The notes under the pieces were generated by a model. It made no database searches and was not told where the DNA came from. It was given only the letters and a program-made list of their open reading frames with translations. DNA of 64,000 nucleotides, from the NCBI GenBank assembly GCA_905478415.1, contig CAJQIG010000004.1, forward strand, positions 203,523 through 267,522, read 5' to 3'. The DNA comes from an uncultured Patescibacteria group bacterium. Lineage in GTDB: Bacteria; Patescibacteriota; Microgenomatia; UBA1400; PJMF01. Made by a program: the position numbers and the translations under genes. Positions 9,784 to 17,939 of the stretch are shown piece by piece (the stretch's first letter is position 1; every line of letters starts with the position of its first letter).

Positions 9784-10202
9784 GGGGATGTACTGCTTTG
9801 ACGGAGTATGTTCATTAATATCTGCAGATCTTCTTTGACTAAGAAAGAAGTAAAACAGAGTCAAAACATAATTGCAAATAAAACTGCAAAAGGCATTTTA
9901 GATACTACCACTAATGCATTCGCATCAGTGTTCGGTACTAACTCTGCTCCTGCTTTCATCGCTGCATAAGCTTTGTAACAGGCGTGTATTCTTTTCATCT
10001 CATTGGCGTGAGGGAGTATGCGTAAACCCAGTCAATGTGACAAATAGTTTTCGTTCGTTGAAACTATCATAAGCAAATAGACGAAGATTGTGTCATGAAG
10101 GCTTGTTTGTTTTCCCTCTGACGCAACAACAAGGACAAACTACATCTGTAGATGATATTGGTGCTACTATTTCGGACGCGAGATCATTCCTCGCCATCTC
10201 CA
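9784..10202 (+). ncRNA. ssrA: tmRNA (ssrA), one-piece
   Basis: The 5' end reads GGGGATGTACTGCTTTGACGGAG (compare E. coli GGGGCUGAUUCUGGAUUCGACGGG). The 3' end reads ATTTCGGACGCGAGATCATTCCTCGCCATCTCCACA (compare E. coli AUUUCGGACGCGGGUUCAACUCCCGCCAGCUCCACCA). The 7-bp acceptor GGGGATG/CATCTCC has a G3:U70 alanine identity pair. The T-arm is GCGAG-ATCATTC-CTCGC. An internal open frame ends ...SAPAFIAA-TAA at 9967-9969, typical of a tag peptide. An intrinsic terminator follows. Confidence 0.85.
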
Positions 10203-10212
10203 CAACAATCAA

Positions 10213-10250
10213 AAGAAGAGTCTCGGGCAAGACTCTTCTTTATTTTTTTA
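10213..10250 (+). terminator. Rho-independent terminator of ssrA
   Basis: 11-bp perfect stem AAGAAGAGTCT / AGACTCTTCTT with loop CGGGCA, followed by TATTTTTTTA. Confidence 0.75.
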
Positions 10251-10367
10251 ACTGGTATCAAAAATTATAGCTTTAGTAGTTCCATCAAAATATGCGATAT
10301 GATCACTTTGATTCTAATTGATTTATTTATATGCCTTTAAGAAAAGAAACATGCTCATGATTCAGGC

Positions 10368-10396
10368 TTTACACGTTCACAAATTTAATAAATAAT
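10368..10396 (+). promoter_or_regulatory. Putative sigma70-like promoter for the surface-protein locus
   Basis: TTTACA (10368-10373), 17-nt spacer, AATAAT (10391-10396), about 11 nt before the ATG at 10408. Prediction from sequence only. Confidence 0.3.
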
Positions 10397-10407
10397 GGAT
10401 TTAAGAT

Positions 10408-11436
10408 ATGTCTAATAGAAAACACTTACTACTAGCTGCTGTTTTGTTTGTGGCTTTTTTTGCCCTCTTTCCTAAAAATGCTCAAGCTGCACAACTTACC
10501 GAGGCCTATGTCAGACTTGATCGACTCAAAGCCTCAACCACAACTGGTGGAACGGTATGCGCAAAATTAACAACAACAGGTTCTACAGATACAACTATAA
10601 AAGTAAGCTTTCCTTCAGGTTTTACTGTCGACTCTACAGCTAGCAACTGGACTGTAACCACAACCAATTTGCCGGCAGGTGCCTCAGCCATGCCTGGTAT
10701 TAGCACCGCCTCTTTAGTTGCAAGTCAAGATGTTACTTTTCCAATAACTGACATCTCTTCTGGTGCAACGCTCTACTGTTTCAATTTTACCGGAACCAGT
10801 ACCTTAACAAATCCCACAGCCGGAAATGATAAAACTGGCACCATCACCGTACAGGCAAGTGGACCAACGGAGGTTGATTCTGGTAACTTTGCTCTTTCAA
10901 TTATTTCTGACGACCAGGTAGTTATTACGGCTACCGTTCCAGCTACCTTTAGTGTGGCCCTTGGCACAAACACCCAAGCACTTGGAACGCTGAGTACTGG
11001 TTCTGTTTCGTCTGGATCTGGAGTCTCTGTTACCATTGGCACGAATGCAGGTAATGGTTGGATTGGTTGGGTACTCAGTGCAAATCAAGCACTTGATTCA
11101 GCTACTACAGGTGACACTATCGCTACAACAGGAACTGTTGATGATACTCCAAGTAGTCTCTCTGCTGGTACAGAAGGCTATGTACTTGATGCCGACTTAA
11201 CTACTGATTCTGCAACTGGGGGATCTGGAACTGTAACCATTGATGCCGAGTACTTAGGTGCCGACACTTCTTCGGGAGGTGCGTTGAGTGCAACTTTCAC
11301 TGAGTTTGCTACTGCAAATGGACCAACTGATGGAGATGTCATTACCTTGATCCCTAGAGCTGCCATTTCGGGTCTGACACAAGCTGCCACAGATTATACC
11401 GATACCCTTACCATTGTTGCTGCTGGACACTTCTAG
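10408..11436 (+). CDS. Secreted surface protein, paralog family A (WxL-like?)
   Basis: Sec signal peptide (..FPKNAQA|AQ). The conserved N-domain (YVRLDRLKAS, NWTVTTTNLPAGASAMPG, VTFP, TNPTAG) is shared with 21288..24146. A mid IGWVL motif, the C-terminal motif DYTDTLTIVAAGHF, and a Thr/Gly/Ser-rich composition are shared with 14171..15223. Confidence 0.55.
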   Translation: MSNRKHLLLAAVLFVAFFALFPKNAQAAQLTEAYVRLDRLKASTTTGGTVCAKLTTTGSTDTTIKVSFPSGFTVDSTASNWTVTTTNLPAGASAMPGISTASLVASQDVTFPITDISSGATLYCFNFTGTSTLTNPTAGNDKTGTITVQASGPTEVDSGNFALSIISDDQVVITATVPATFSVALGTNTQALGTLSTGSVSSGSGVSVTIGTNAGNGWIGWVLSANQALDSATTGDTIATTGTVDDTPSSLSAGTEGYVLDADLTTDSATGGSGTVTIDAEYLGADTSSGGALSATFTEFATANGPTDGDVITLIPRAAISGLTQAATDYTDTLTIVAAGHF

Positions 11437-11494
11437 TCTCTTTCTTCTGTTTGTCGTTTACTCTTTTGGCATGGTACGATATATTGAGTAATAG

Positions 11495-12604
11495 ATGATC
11501 AAACGTATGTCTTTCAACTCCAAAAAACTTCTTTTATCTCTTCCTGTCCTGATTATCCTGATCTTTTCAGCCACAACTGTCCGAGCTCAGGAAACTTCAA
11601 CAGCTAGTGCTGAGACAGAAGCAGCTGCAACACCTCCACCAGCCGCCATTCAACCAATAGACTTAACCGTTTCGCCCATCACTCTCAACTTAGCTACTGA
11701 TCCTGGTAAGGAGGTAACTTCGGCCATTAAAGTGTTTAACAATAGCACTGAAAAAGAGTATTTAGAAATCAAGTTAGCTAAGTTCACCGCTGACAGGACT
11801 GGTTCGCGTCCTCAGATTAGAGACTTCGAAGCAAGTGACTCCTATCAAGACTGGCTGCAATTTGAACGGACAACATTCGAAGTGAACCCCGGCGAGTGGG
11901 AAACTATTAATCTTACATTTGCTCCACCTGCAGAGTCGGCTCTGGCTTACTACTATGCAATTATCGTCAAAAGACAAGTTGATACCACTGACGATGCCGC
12001 CACAACCATTGTCACTGGAGCACCTGCCATTTTAGTGCTCGCAAATATTTATTCGCCTAATGCTATTCAAGAGTTACAATTAGTAGATTTTTCTATGAAA
12101 AAAAAATTCTATGAATACTTGCCAGCCGAGTTCGAAATAGATATAAAAAATACAGGTAATATTCATCTCAGCCCACTTGGAAATATATTTATTGACAAAG
12201 GAGATGATAAAGATATTGCCTTACTCTCTATCAATAAAGAAAACGGATTAGTACTTCCTGACTCACAACGAACCTACACAGCAAAATGGACGGAAGGATT
12301 TCCTGTGTACGAACCAGTCATCGAAAATGGTATTGAAAAAAAAGATGAGAAGGGAGAGACAGTCTACAAACTTAACTGGGACCTCTCTAAAATTAATCAG
12401 TTCCGTTTTGGAAAATACACTGCTAACCTTTTATTAGTCTATGATAACGGTGTGCGAGACATTCCCATAGAATCAGTACTGACATTTTGGGTTTTTCCGT
12501 GGAAGATACTATTGGTAGCTCTGCTCCTCGTAGTCTTACTTTCACTGGGAGTGATGTATCCGCTACTTGCGCTCTATGGTAAAGTTAAGAAAAAAGAAAC
12601 ATAA
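11495..12604 (+). CDS. Surface-anchored protein with signal peptide and C-terminal TM anchor (DUF916/DUF3324-like)
   Basis: Signal peptide (..TTVRA|QE). The Ig-like region IDLTVSPITLNLATDPGKEVTSAIKVFNNSTEKEYLEI resembles the conserved core of DUF916 cell-surface proteins. The C-terminal TM is WKILLVALLLVVLLSLGV followed by KVKKKET. Confidence 0.45.
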   Translation: MIKRMSFNSKKLLLSLPVLIILIFSATTVRAQETSTASAETEAAATPPPAAIQPIDLTVSPITLNLATDPGKEVTSAIKVFNNSTEKEYLEIKLAKFTADRTGSRPQIRDFEASDSYQDWLQFERTTFEVNPGEWETINLTFAPPAESALAYYYAIIVKRQVDTTDDAATTIVTGAPAILVLANIYSPNAIQELQLVDFSMKKKFYEYLPAEFEIDIKNTGNIHLSPLGNIFIDKGDDKDIALLSINKENGLVLPDSQRTYTAKWTEGFPVYEPVIENGIEKKDEKGETVYKLNWDLSKINQFRFGKYTANLLLVYDNGVRDIPIESVLTFWVFPWKILLVALLLVVLLSLGVMYPLLALYGKVKKKET

Positions 12605-12610
12605 TTCTAC

Positions 12611-13546
12611 ATGGTATATCGCTTCTGGAATTTTTTTTTAGTAAGTAGCTTACTGTTATTTTTAACAGCAACTGCTCCAATGGCTTTTGCACAAGAAAAA
12701 AACAACTTTTCGCTGACTATTCAACCAGCATACCAAGAAGTTGAGATACCTGAAGATAAGAATAGTGTCGAAACAACGATAACTCTGAAAAATCCTTCTG
12801 ATACAGCCCAACAAATGGAACTATTCGCCTTTGATTTTACCCAAAGTGACCATTTTGGCTCAATTGCTTTGCTCGATGGATTCACCGGCCAGTATGCTCA
12901 TACTCTAGCTTCCTTTTTATCCTTTGAAAAAGACAGTCTCATCATTGCTGCTCAATCTGAAGAAGAAGTCGTCATTAAAATTGAAAATAGAGCTACGCTT
13001 TCTCCTGGAGGTCACTATGCTGCCATAGTAGTTCGAGCAATTGAAGAACAAGGTGCCTCGCAGCAAAAAATACTTCCAGCTGTAACATCGCTTTTGCTGG
13101 TCAGAAAAAAAAGTGGTGAACGTATTAATCTATCCCTAAAAGAACTTAGTTGGCAACCAAAAGCACTGGTAACTCACTTTCCAGAAAAAATTGACTTGAC
13201 TTTCGAGAATGGGGGAAATGTCCATGTTGTTCCAAGGGGCACCGCAGCTATTACAGACATTTTTGGCCGCGTCGTGTTTCAGGGAACAGTTAACGAATCA
13301 AGTTTGTACCTCTTACCAGGAACAATGAGAACAATTTCTACAAACTTACAACAGTCAAGAACTTTTTTTCCACTGATGTTTTATTCTTTAGAAATACATG
13401 GGAGATCAAATGTTGGTGAAGCTACTTTTTCTTCCGAAACTAGTTTTCTGTACGTTGACTGGAAATTTGTTGTGCTTTTGTTGATCATTGTGGGAGCCAT
13501 TATTTTCAGAACGGTACAAAAGAAGAAAAGAAATGAAAAAAAATAA
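12611..13546 (+). CDS. Second signal-peptide plus C-terminal-anchor surface protein (DUF916/DUF3324-like paralog)
   Basis: Signal peptide (..MAFA|QE). Contains SLTIQPAYQEVEIPEDKNSVETTITLKNPSDTAQQMEL, the same pattern as the previous gene. The C-terminal TM is FVVLLLIIVGAIIF followed by a KKKRNEKK tail. Confidence 0.45.
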   Translation: MVYRFWNFFLVSSLLLFLTATAPMAFAQEKNNFSLTIQPAYQEVEIPEDKNSVETTITLKNPSDTAQQMELFAFDFTQSDHFGSIALLDGFTGQYAHTLASFLSFEKDSLIIAAQSEEEVVIKIENRATLSPGGHYAAIVVRAIEEQGASQQKILPAVTSLLLVRKKSGERINLSLKELSWQPKALVTHFPEKIDLTFENGGNVHVVPRGTAAITDIFGRVVFQGTVNESSLYLLPGTMRTISTNLQQSRTFFPLMFYSLEIHGRSNVGEATFSSETSFLYVDWKFVVLLLIIVGAIIFRTVQKKKRNEKK

Positions 13547-14147
13547 CGTTCCCATCACCAGTATTCTGTTCATCAGTGCTGCTATTAGCATCAGCATTGG
13601 TATTTTTTGGTATCTAAGTGGAAACTCTGAGCAAAGAGTCACGGGCGGTCTTTCTGATAGAACCCGGGAGTTCTTAACGTCTCAAAAAGCCAATACTGAT
13701 TCTCTTTGGCCAGACTACACTTTCGAAGAAGGTACTGAACAAAAACAATACCAATCAGTTGAAACTAATTGTTTTACTCTCGAAATGCCCATTCCTGTCA
13801 GGAATCTGAAAACAAGTATCGAACAAGAAAGCTGTTTAGTAAAAGCTACAATTGATACTCCACATGCATTTTTAACTATTAGTTCAGAGCCTGCTCCCAG
13901 CATCCACTCTCTATCAGATCTCTCTGCTGTCAAACTACGCACAACTCAGCCAGATGTGTACACCCAAGAAAAAAGAGAAGAACTTGATAGCCCCAATAGT
14001 ATTGTTTTTTCTACTACCACAGAGGTCGTGTATTTTTACTTAGAAAATGAAACCATTACTACGGTTGCTCTGTATGACCTAGCTACCATTAATTCAGATA
14101 CGTACCAACTCTTAACCAAAGTAGTGAAGTCAGTTGGTATCCAGTAA
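13533..14147 (+). CDS. Membrane-anchored hypothetical protein (N-terminal TM)
   Basis: ATG at 13533 gives MKKNNVPITSILFISAAISISIGIFWYL (TM) followed by a soluble domain. It overlaps the previous gene's end by 14 nt. The track ORF starts at 13488, but that lies inside the upstream gene. Confidence 0.4.
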   Translation: MKKNNVPITSILFISAAISISIGIFWYLSGNSEQRVTGGLSDRTREFLTSQKANTDSLWPDYTFEEGTEQKQYQSVETNCFTLEMPIPVRNLKTSIEQESCLVKATIDTPHAFLTISSEPAPSIHSLSDLSAVKLRTTQPDVYTQEKREELDSPNSIVFSTTTEVVYFYLENETITTVALYDLATINSDTYQLLTKVVKSVGIQ

Positions 14148-14170
14148 AGAAATCTATATACTAAGAACGA

Positions 14171-15223
14171 ATGAAAAAACCAGTTATACTCATGAGCCTG
14201 ATGTTACTAGCCTTTCCGGCCAGCACTAACTATGCTCTAAAAAGTTTTGATTTTAATGCCGGTGGTGATAATTCCTTGAGTTCTTCAAGCTATGCCATGG
14301 AAGGTGCAGTGGGTGAACTAGGGAGCGATCCACTTTCTTCACTCAACTACACTACGCTTCCCGGACTCCTGTATACACAAATGGTGAACACACCATCAGC
14401 CCCAACTGTTACCAATGCTGGAGACTTCACAAATAAACTGTTAGTCACTATTGCTACTGAAGGCAACCCCTCTGACACTACCTATGCCATTGCTGTTTCT
14501 GATGATAACTTTGTCACCACAGAGTATCTGCAATCAGACAATACGGTGGGTGCTACACTCGGAGCTGAAGACTGGCAAACCTATGCCGATTGGGGCGGAG
14601 GTAGTGGAGAGTTTGCAGTTGGGTTAGTTCCTAACACAACCTATTACTTCAAAGTTAAAGCTGCCCAAGGAGAATTTACTGAAGGCCCCTGGGGTCCGGT
14701 AGCATCAGTAGCAACTTCAGCACTGAGTATTTCATTTGATATTGATGTATCTGCAACGGACCAAGAGACAGCAGCTCCATACGCTGTTGCACTAGGAGAT
14801 CTGCAATCGGGAACCATTGTCACCAGTACCGAAAAAATATGGGTTGACCTAGCTACAAATGCACCAGGAGGAGGCTTTGTGTATGTCTTTGGTTCCAATG
14901 GAGGTTTGTTGAGTCAAAAAACAAGTCATACTATTTCAGCCGTGTCAGGAAATTTAAGTAGCTTAGATGAAGGTTTTGGAATCCAATACAACAGCCTTTC
15001 AGAAAGTAGTGGCGGACCAATGGTGGTTTCATCTCCATATGACGGAGCGGGAGAAGTTGTCGGTACTATCACCACAAACCCACAAGAGATTTTCAATACC
15101 TCTGCCACTGCAATTGCTGGCGGAAGAGCTTCATTTGTGACCAAAGCTAAAATTGATGACTTAACTCCAGCTGCAGCTGACTACACTGACACCATTACTA
15201 TTATTTCGACTGCTAGTTTCTAA
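14171..15223 (+). CDS. Secreted surface protein, paralog family A (WxL-like?)
   Basis: Signal peptide MKKPVILMSLMLLAFPAS. The C-terminus AAADYTDTITIISTASF and the mid KIWVDLATN motif are shared with 10408..11436. Thr/Gly-rich. Confidence 0.5.
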   Translation: MKKPVILMSLMLLAFPASTNYALKSFDFNAGGDNSLSSSSYAMEGAVGELGSDPLSSLNYTTLPGLLYTQMVNTPSAPTVTNAGDFTNKLLVTIATEGNPSDTTYAIAVSDDNFVTTEYLQSDNTVGATLGAEDWQTYADWGGGSGEFAVGLVPNTTYYFKVKAAQGEFTEGPWGPVASVATSALSISFDIDVSATDQETAAPYAVALGDLQSGTIVTSTEKIWVDLATNAPGGGFVYVFGSNGGLLSQKTSHTISAVSGNLSSLDEGFGIQYNSLSESSGGPMVVSSPYDGAGEVVGTITTNPQEIFNTSATAIAGGRASFVTKAKIDDLTPAAADYTDTITIISTASF

Positions 15224-15927
15224 TGAACAAGCACCATTCTGGACCCTTTTTTTTTAGATCTTTGCACTTTCTTTTGATTGTAGGTCTTTTTTTTATCTTG
15301 GGACCTCTCTTTCAAGTTTCTGCTTCTTCAGTAGGACCAAAAACTTCACCAGTTTTAGCCGGAACTGTCAAAGTTACTGCTGAAGTAGCTGTTTCACCTC
15401 AACAAAAGTTTTTGATAGCAAAAAACTCATCTCTCATACTACAAAATCAGGGAATACGTGTTGGAAAACCCACTAAACTACACATTACCCTCAGGGGGTA
15501 CCAAAACCAACTCAAACCTTTTCAGGATTTTTCTATAAAAATTGTGGATGCTGATTTTGGTGTCCTTCAAAGCTACTTAGCAAAGACTGACCACACAGGT
15601 ACTGCCACACTTACTTTTATTCCAAATGCTCTCAGTCAGAGAGGTTCTTTTATACAAATTGATGTATTTAATGATAGATATACAACCACACAAGCTATTA
15701 CTTTCAGTACTCAGTATATACAGAACCTACCAAAACTACAAAATAGTTCAGAAAAATCCTTAGTTTTAAATCCTGATAATCGGGTTATATTCGTATTCTC
15801 TACCAGAGGTAAAACTGCTATGCTTACAAGAGGTAGTTATGTATTTTTTACAACCAAAAACACCAGCTCTAAAGGTAATCCGTATCTTTTTGCTGCTCGT
15901 GATGGCCCTTGGACTGTTACTACTTAA
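15223..15927 (+). CDS. Secreted hypothetical protein
   Basis: The start overlaps the upstream stop (TAATG). Hydrophobic signal region LHFLLIVGLFFILGPLFQVSASS. Confidence 0.4.
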   Translation: MNKHHSGPFFFRSLHFLLIVGLFFILGPLFQVSASSVGPKTSPVLAGTVKVTAEVAVSPQQKFLIAKNSSLILQNQGIRVGKPTKLHITLRGYQNQLKPFQDFSIKIVDADFGVLQSYLAKTDHTGTATLTFIPNALSQRGSFIQIDVFNDRYTTTQAITFSTQYIQNLPKLQNSSEKSLVLNPDNRVIFVFSTRGKTAMLTRGSYVFFTTKNTSSKGNPYLFAARDGPWTVTT

Positions 15928-17926
15928 GAACCAGGCAAAGGCGGCCACTGGTATTTACAAAACTATAAACTTCCAAGGAAAAGTCGTAAATAGTGATGGC
16001 ACCAACGTTGCGGATGGAGATTATGATTTTGTCTTTTCTCTCTACACCGTTGACACCGCCGGCTCAGCAGTCTGGACCGAATCACGTACTACCGTTAACC
16101 AAGTCACCGTCACAGACGGTGTTTTTCGTGTAGCTTTGGGTGAGGTAACTACCTTACCCGGATCAATTGACTTTAATACTGATAATATTTACTTGGGTAT
16201 CAACTTCAATAGTGATGGAGAAATGACTCCTCGAGTTCGCTTCACTGCTGTCCCCTATGCTTTTAATGCTCTCAAGGTTGCAGGACTTACTGTCACTGAT
16301 ACCACCGGAACATTAACTGTTCCAGATGCCAGCACCATTGCCTTTTCAGGTGCCTTCGACACCACCTTTACGACTACCAACACAACTACTGTCACCCTTC
16401 CAACTACAGGAACGCTGGCAACTTTGGCAGGAACAGAAACGTTTACCAATAAAACTATTGGTTCAACCGGACTCACCTTTTCTGGCGCAACGACTGACAT
16501 TACCACAGGAACAAATGAACATTTTGTTATCTCTCCGAATGGCACTGGGAATGTTGGAATTGGATCAACAACACCAACCCAATTCTTTGAGGTCCAAAAA
16601 GATACAAATGGATATGCAGCAATGTTAATTGATAACGAAACAAATGACACACTCGCTGCATCAGGATACTTCTTTGAAAACTCTACTAGAGGTGGTGGTT
16701 TTGGACTTTATTCTGATAACTTTACAGGGGGTGGAGGCTTAAGTCACTTGGCGGGTAGAATGGCTACGGCTGGATACAATGGGTTAGAACCACTTGGTAT
16801 AGATCTTATTGCAAACCATGCTAGTGGAGATATCCGATTGTTTACAGGCGGTATTGCAACTTCGAATGAGCGTATGCGAATTGACTCTGCTGGAAATGTG
16901 GGAATTGGTACCACCACAACGAGCAGCTACAAACTTGATGTAACTGGCACTATCCGAGCCACTGGCAGCGTCCTCAGCTCTGATATTGATGCAGATACAG
17001 CCGGGGCTCTTACGATCGGTAACACCACGGCCACTGCAGTCTCTATCTGTAACTCTGCCGCCTGCGACACAATTTCCATTGGCAATAATGCTGACGCAGA
17101 TACCATTACTATTGGTGACTCTCCAGATGGACTAACAATCAGTAGTTCTGGCTTCAACTTAACTTCTGGAGGAGCAATTTCTGGTATCTCTACTTTTGCA
17201 AGTAGCGGTGACTGGACTTGGTCAGCTACCACTCCAACCTTAACACTCAACTCGAGCGAGACCCTCACAATAACAGATGGCACTGATAGTTTTGTGGTTA
17301 ACACAGCCAGTTCATTATTCTCACTTTCTGACGGCAGCAACAGCTTTACCTTTGATGCTGACACTGGGCCTAACTACACTGGAACTGCACGACCAACAAA
17401 AAAGATTGTCATTTCGCCAGAATATGCTGGTGGGACTTTAACAACCTTCTATGGAGCTGGTACCGATGCTTCAATAACTGGAGTCATGACTGCCGATGCA
17501 GAAACTACCGCCACTGACAGCCTCCGCACCTACTATGAATGGAGTAGTTCTCAGGGCTCACTAAACTACTACACCGTCGTAGTCAGGATAACACTACCTG
17601 AAGATTTCAGTGCATGGGCCCCTTCTAACGCCCTACAAGTTGACTTCACCACTGAATCAACAAACTCAGCAAATAACTTACTTAGCGCCTATGTATATCT
17701 AAGTAGTGACTCAACAACCGCAGTAGCCTCAGACGTAAGTAATGCAGCTGCTGGAGCCGAAACTTGGGAACAAATCACTGTTGATGACAGTGTTCTAGAT
17801 GACGCTGCTGCTCCAGAGTGGGATGCTGCTGGAGAAACGGCGCTCATTTACCTCAGAATGGGATCAACTGGCAACAATTTTGCGAGAGTTGGCGACATCA
17901 CCTTAAATTATGTTGCCCGGTTCTAG
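15839..17926 (+). CDS. Large secreted Thr/Gly-rich fibrous protein (adhesin/fibre-like)
   Basis: 695 aa. The N-terminal signal-like region is KVIRIFLLLVMALGLLLLKNQAKA|ATG. About 25% Thr plus Gly, with repeated TTxT/GT motifs. The 5' end overlaps the upstream gene; an alternative start is 15902. Confidence 0.5.
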   Translation: MYFLQPKTPALKVIRIFLLLVMALGLLLLKNQAKAATGIYKTINFQGKVVNSDGTNVADGDYDFVFSLYTVDTAGSAVWTESRTTVNQVTVTDGVFRVALGEVTTLPGSIDFNTDNIYLGINFNSDGEMTPRVRFTAVPYAFNALKVAGLTVTDTTGTLTVPDASTIAFSGAFDTTFTTTNTTTVTLPTTGTLATLAGTETFTNKTIGSTGLTFSGATTDITTGTNEHFVISPNGTGNVGIGSTTPTQFFEVQKDTNGYAAMLIDNETNDTLAASGYFFENSTRGGGFGLYSDNFTGGGGLSHLAGRMATAGYNGLEPLGIDLIANHASGDIRLFTGGIATSNERMRIDSAGNVGIGTTTTSSYKLDVTGTIRATGSVLSSDIDADTAGALTIGNTTATAVSICNSAACDTISIGNNADADTITIGDSPDGLTISSSGFNLTSGGAISGISTFASSGDWTWSATTPTLTLNSSETLTITDGTDSFVVNTASSLFSLSDGSNSFTFDADTGPNYTGTARPTKKIVISPEYAGGTLTTFYGAGTDASITGVMTADAETTATDSLRTYYEWSSSQGSLNYYTVVVRITLPEDFSAWAPSNALQVDFTTESTNSANNLLSAYVYLSSDSTTAVASDVSNAAAGAETWEQITVDDSVLDDAAAPEWDAAGETALIYLRMGSTGNNFARVGDITLNYVARF

Positions 17927-17939
17927 CACAAAAGATACT

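Noticed and set aside
9808-9969. 53-codon ATG-initiated ORF in the ORF-free gap
   Set aside because: It is the mRNA-like reading frame of the tmRNA (it ends ...AFIAA-TAA), not an independent protein gene.
16255-17364. Antisense ORFs of 131 and 145 aa (also 10506..10706, 19370..19642, 20570..20956) inside the Thr/Gly-rich surface genes
   Set aside because: They lie entirely within longer, better-supported ORFs on the other strand. Their Ala/Val/Pro-rich translations are the expected reverse-complement artefact of ACN/GGN-rich coding sequence.
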